A DNA stretch of 63,923 nt, the filler included, from Lama guanicoe (taxonomy: Eukaryota), in NCBI GenBank assembly GCA_013239625.1. It is 73 parts of 72 records of this genome, joined end to end, with 100 filler letters (N's around TTAATTAATTAA, not from the genome) between each part and the next. Parts side by side here need not be neighbours in the genome. Positions count along the whole stretch, not along the records: positions 63,386 to 63,923 come from PNXV01016652.1; 72 more parts are not named here. One strand, given 5' to 3'. The notes under the pieces are model-generated. The model had not been told where the DNA came from. It did not search any database and saw only the letters and a program-made list of their open reading frames with translations. Both the position numbers and the translations under genes were made by a program. Each line of letters begins with the position of its first letter. Positions within the stretch are counted from its first letter, which is position 1. Shown one piece after another: positions 63,286 to 63,923 of this stretch.

Positions 63286-63385
63286 NNNNNNNNNNNNNNN
63301 NNNNNNNNNNNNNNNNNNNNNNNNNNNNNTTAATTAATTAANNNNNNNNNNNNNNNNNNNNNNNNNNNNNNNNNNNNNNNNNNNN

Positions 63386-63923
63386 TCTATATTCAGTTTT
63401 CTGTATTCTATATTCTAAACTCTGTGTTCTGCATGCCATGTTCTAAATTCTATATTCAGTAATCTGTATTCTATATTCAAAATTCTGTGTTCTGCATTCC
63501 ATGTTCTATATTCTGGGTCCCATATTCTGTTTTCCGTATTTTAAATTCTGTGTTCTATATTCTATATTGTGTATTCAATATTCTGCATTCCGTACTCTAC
63601 ATTCCATATTCTATGTTCTACATTCTATATTCTAAACTCGAAATTCAATATTCTGGATTCTATATCCTAATTTGTGTGTTCTACATTCCATGTTCTTAAT
63701 TTTGGGTTGTATATTCTCTATTCTATATTCTATAATTTGTATTCATCATTCTATACTCTATATTCTACATTCTGCATTCCGTTGTCTATATTCTATAATC
63801 TGTGTTCTACATTCTATATTCTAAATTCTATATTCAGTGTTACCGTATTCTACATTGTATATTCTGTTGTTCTGCATTATATATTCTAAATTTTATATTC
63901 AGTATTCTGTATTCTATATTTTA
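63386..63923 (+). repeat. AT-rich heptamer satellite
   Basis: 63-bp module visible (cag at 63394 and 63457). Confidence 0.95.

Noticed and set aside
835..63341. CRISPR-like or regulatory array of identical TTAATTAATTAA repeats with unique 'spacers'
   Set aside because: Always flanked by exactly 44 N on each side; an assembly linker; no cas genes; mammalian DNA.

Overview
This window is not a contiguous locus. It is an artificial concatenation of 73 short unplaced scaffolds (about 0.4-2 kb, many with internal N gaps). They are joined by 72 identical 100-bp spacers (N44-TTAATTAATTAA-N44, a palindrome with stops in all six frames). The DNA is mammalian, most likely camelid, judged from tRNA-Ala-derived Vic-1-type SINEs alongside L1, L2, MIR, MLT1, MER5A and ERV1 relics. 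About 22 scaffolds are tandem repeats of five families: (1) an AT-rich heptamer satellite (CTATATT-type) with a hidden 63-bp module; (2) a CpG-rich ~267-bp satellite ('Sat A'); (3) a diverged, apparently dimeric relative of it ('Sat B'), in one case fused to degenerate TTAGGG repeats; (4) an unrelated ~249-bp satellite ('Sat C'); (5) a 16-bp GC-rich minisatellite. Roughly 20 more scaffolds carry L1 fragments. No intact protein-coding gene is supported. The only confidently named gene sequence is a frameshifted, unprocessed copy of the first coding exon of TRAPPC9. One or two unidentified candidate exons and a proline-rich open frame merit follow-up. Because adjacent scaffolds are not genomic neighbours, no multi-gene system can be inferred. 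The best leads are satellite architecture, the telomere-satellite junction and duplicated or paralogous fragments.
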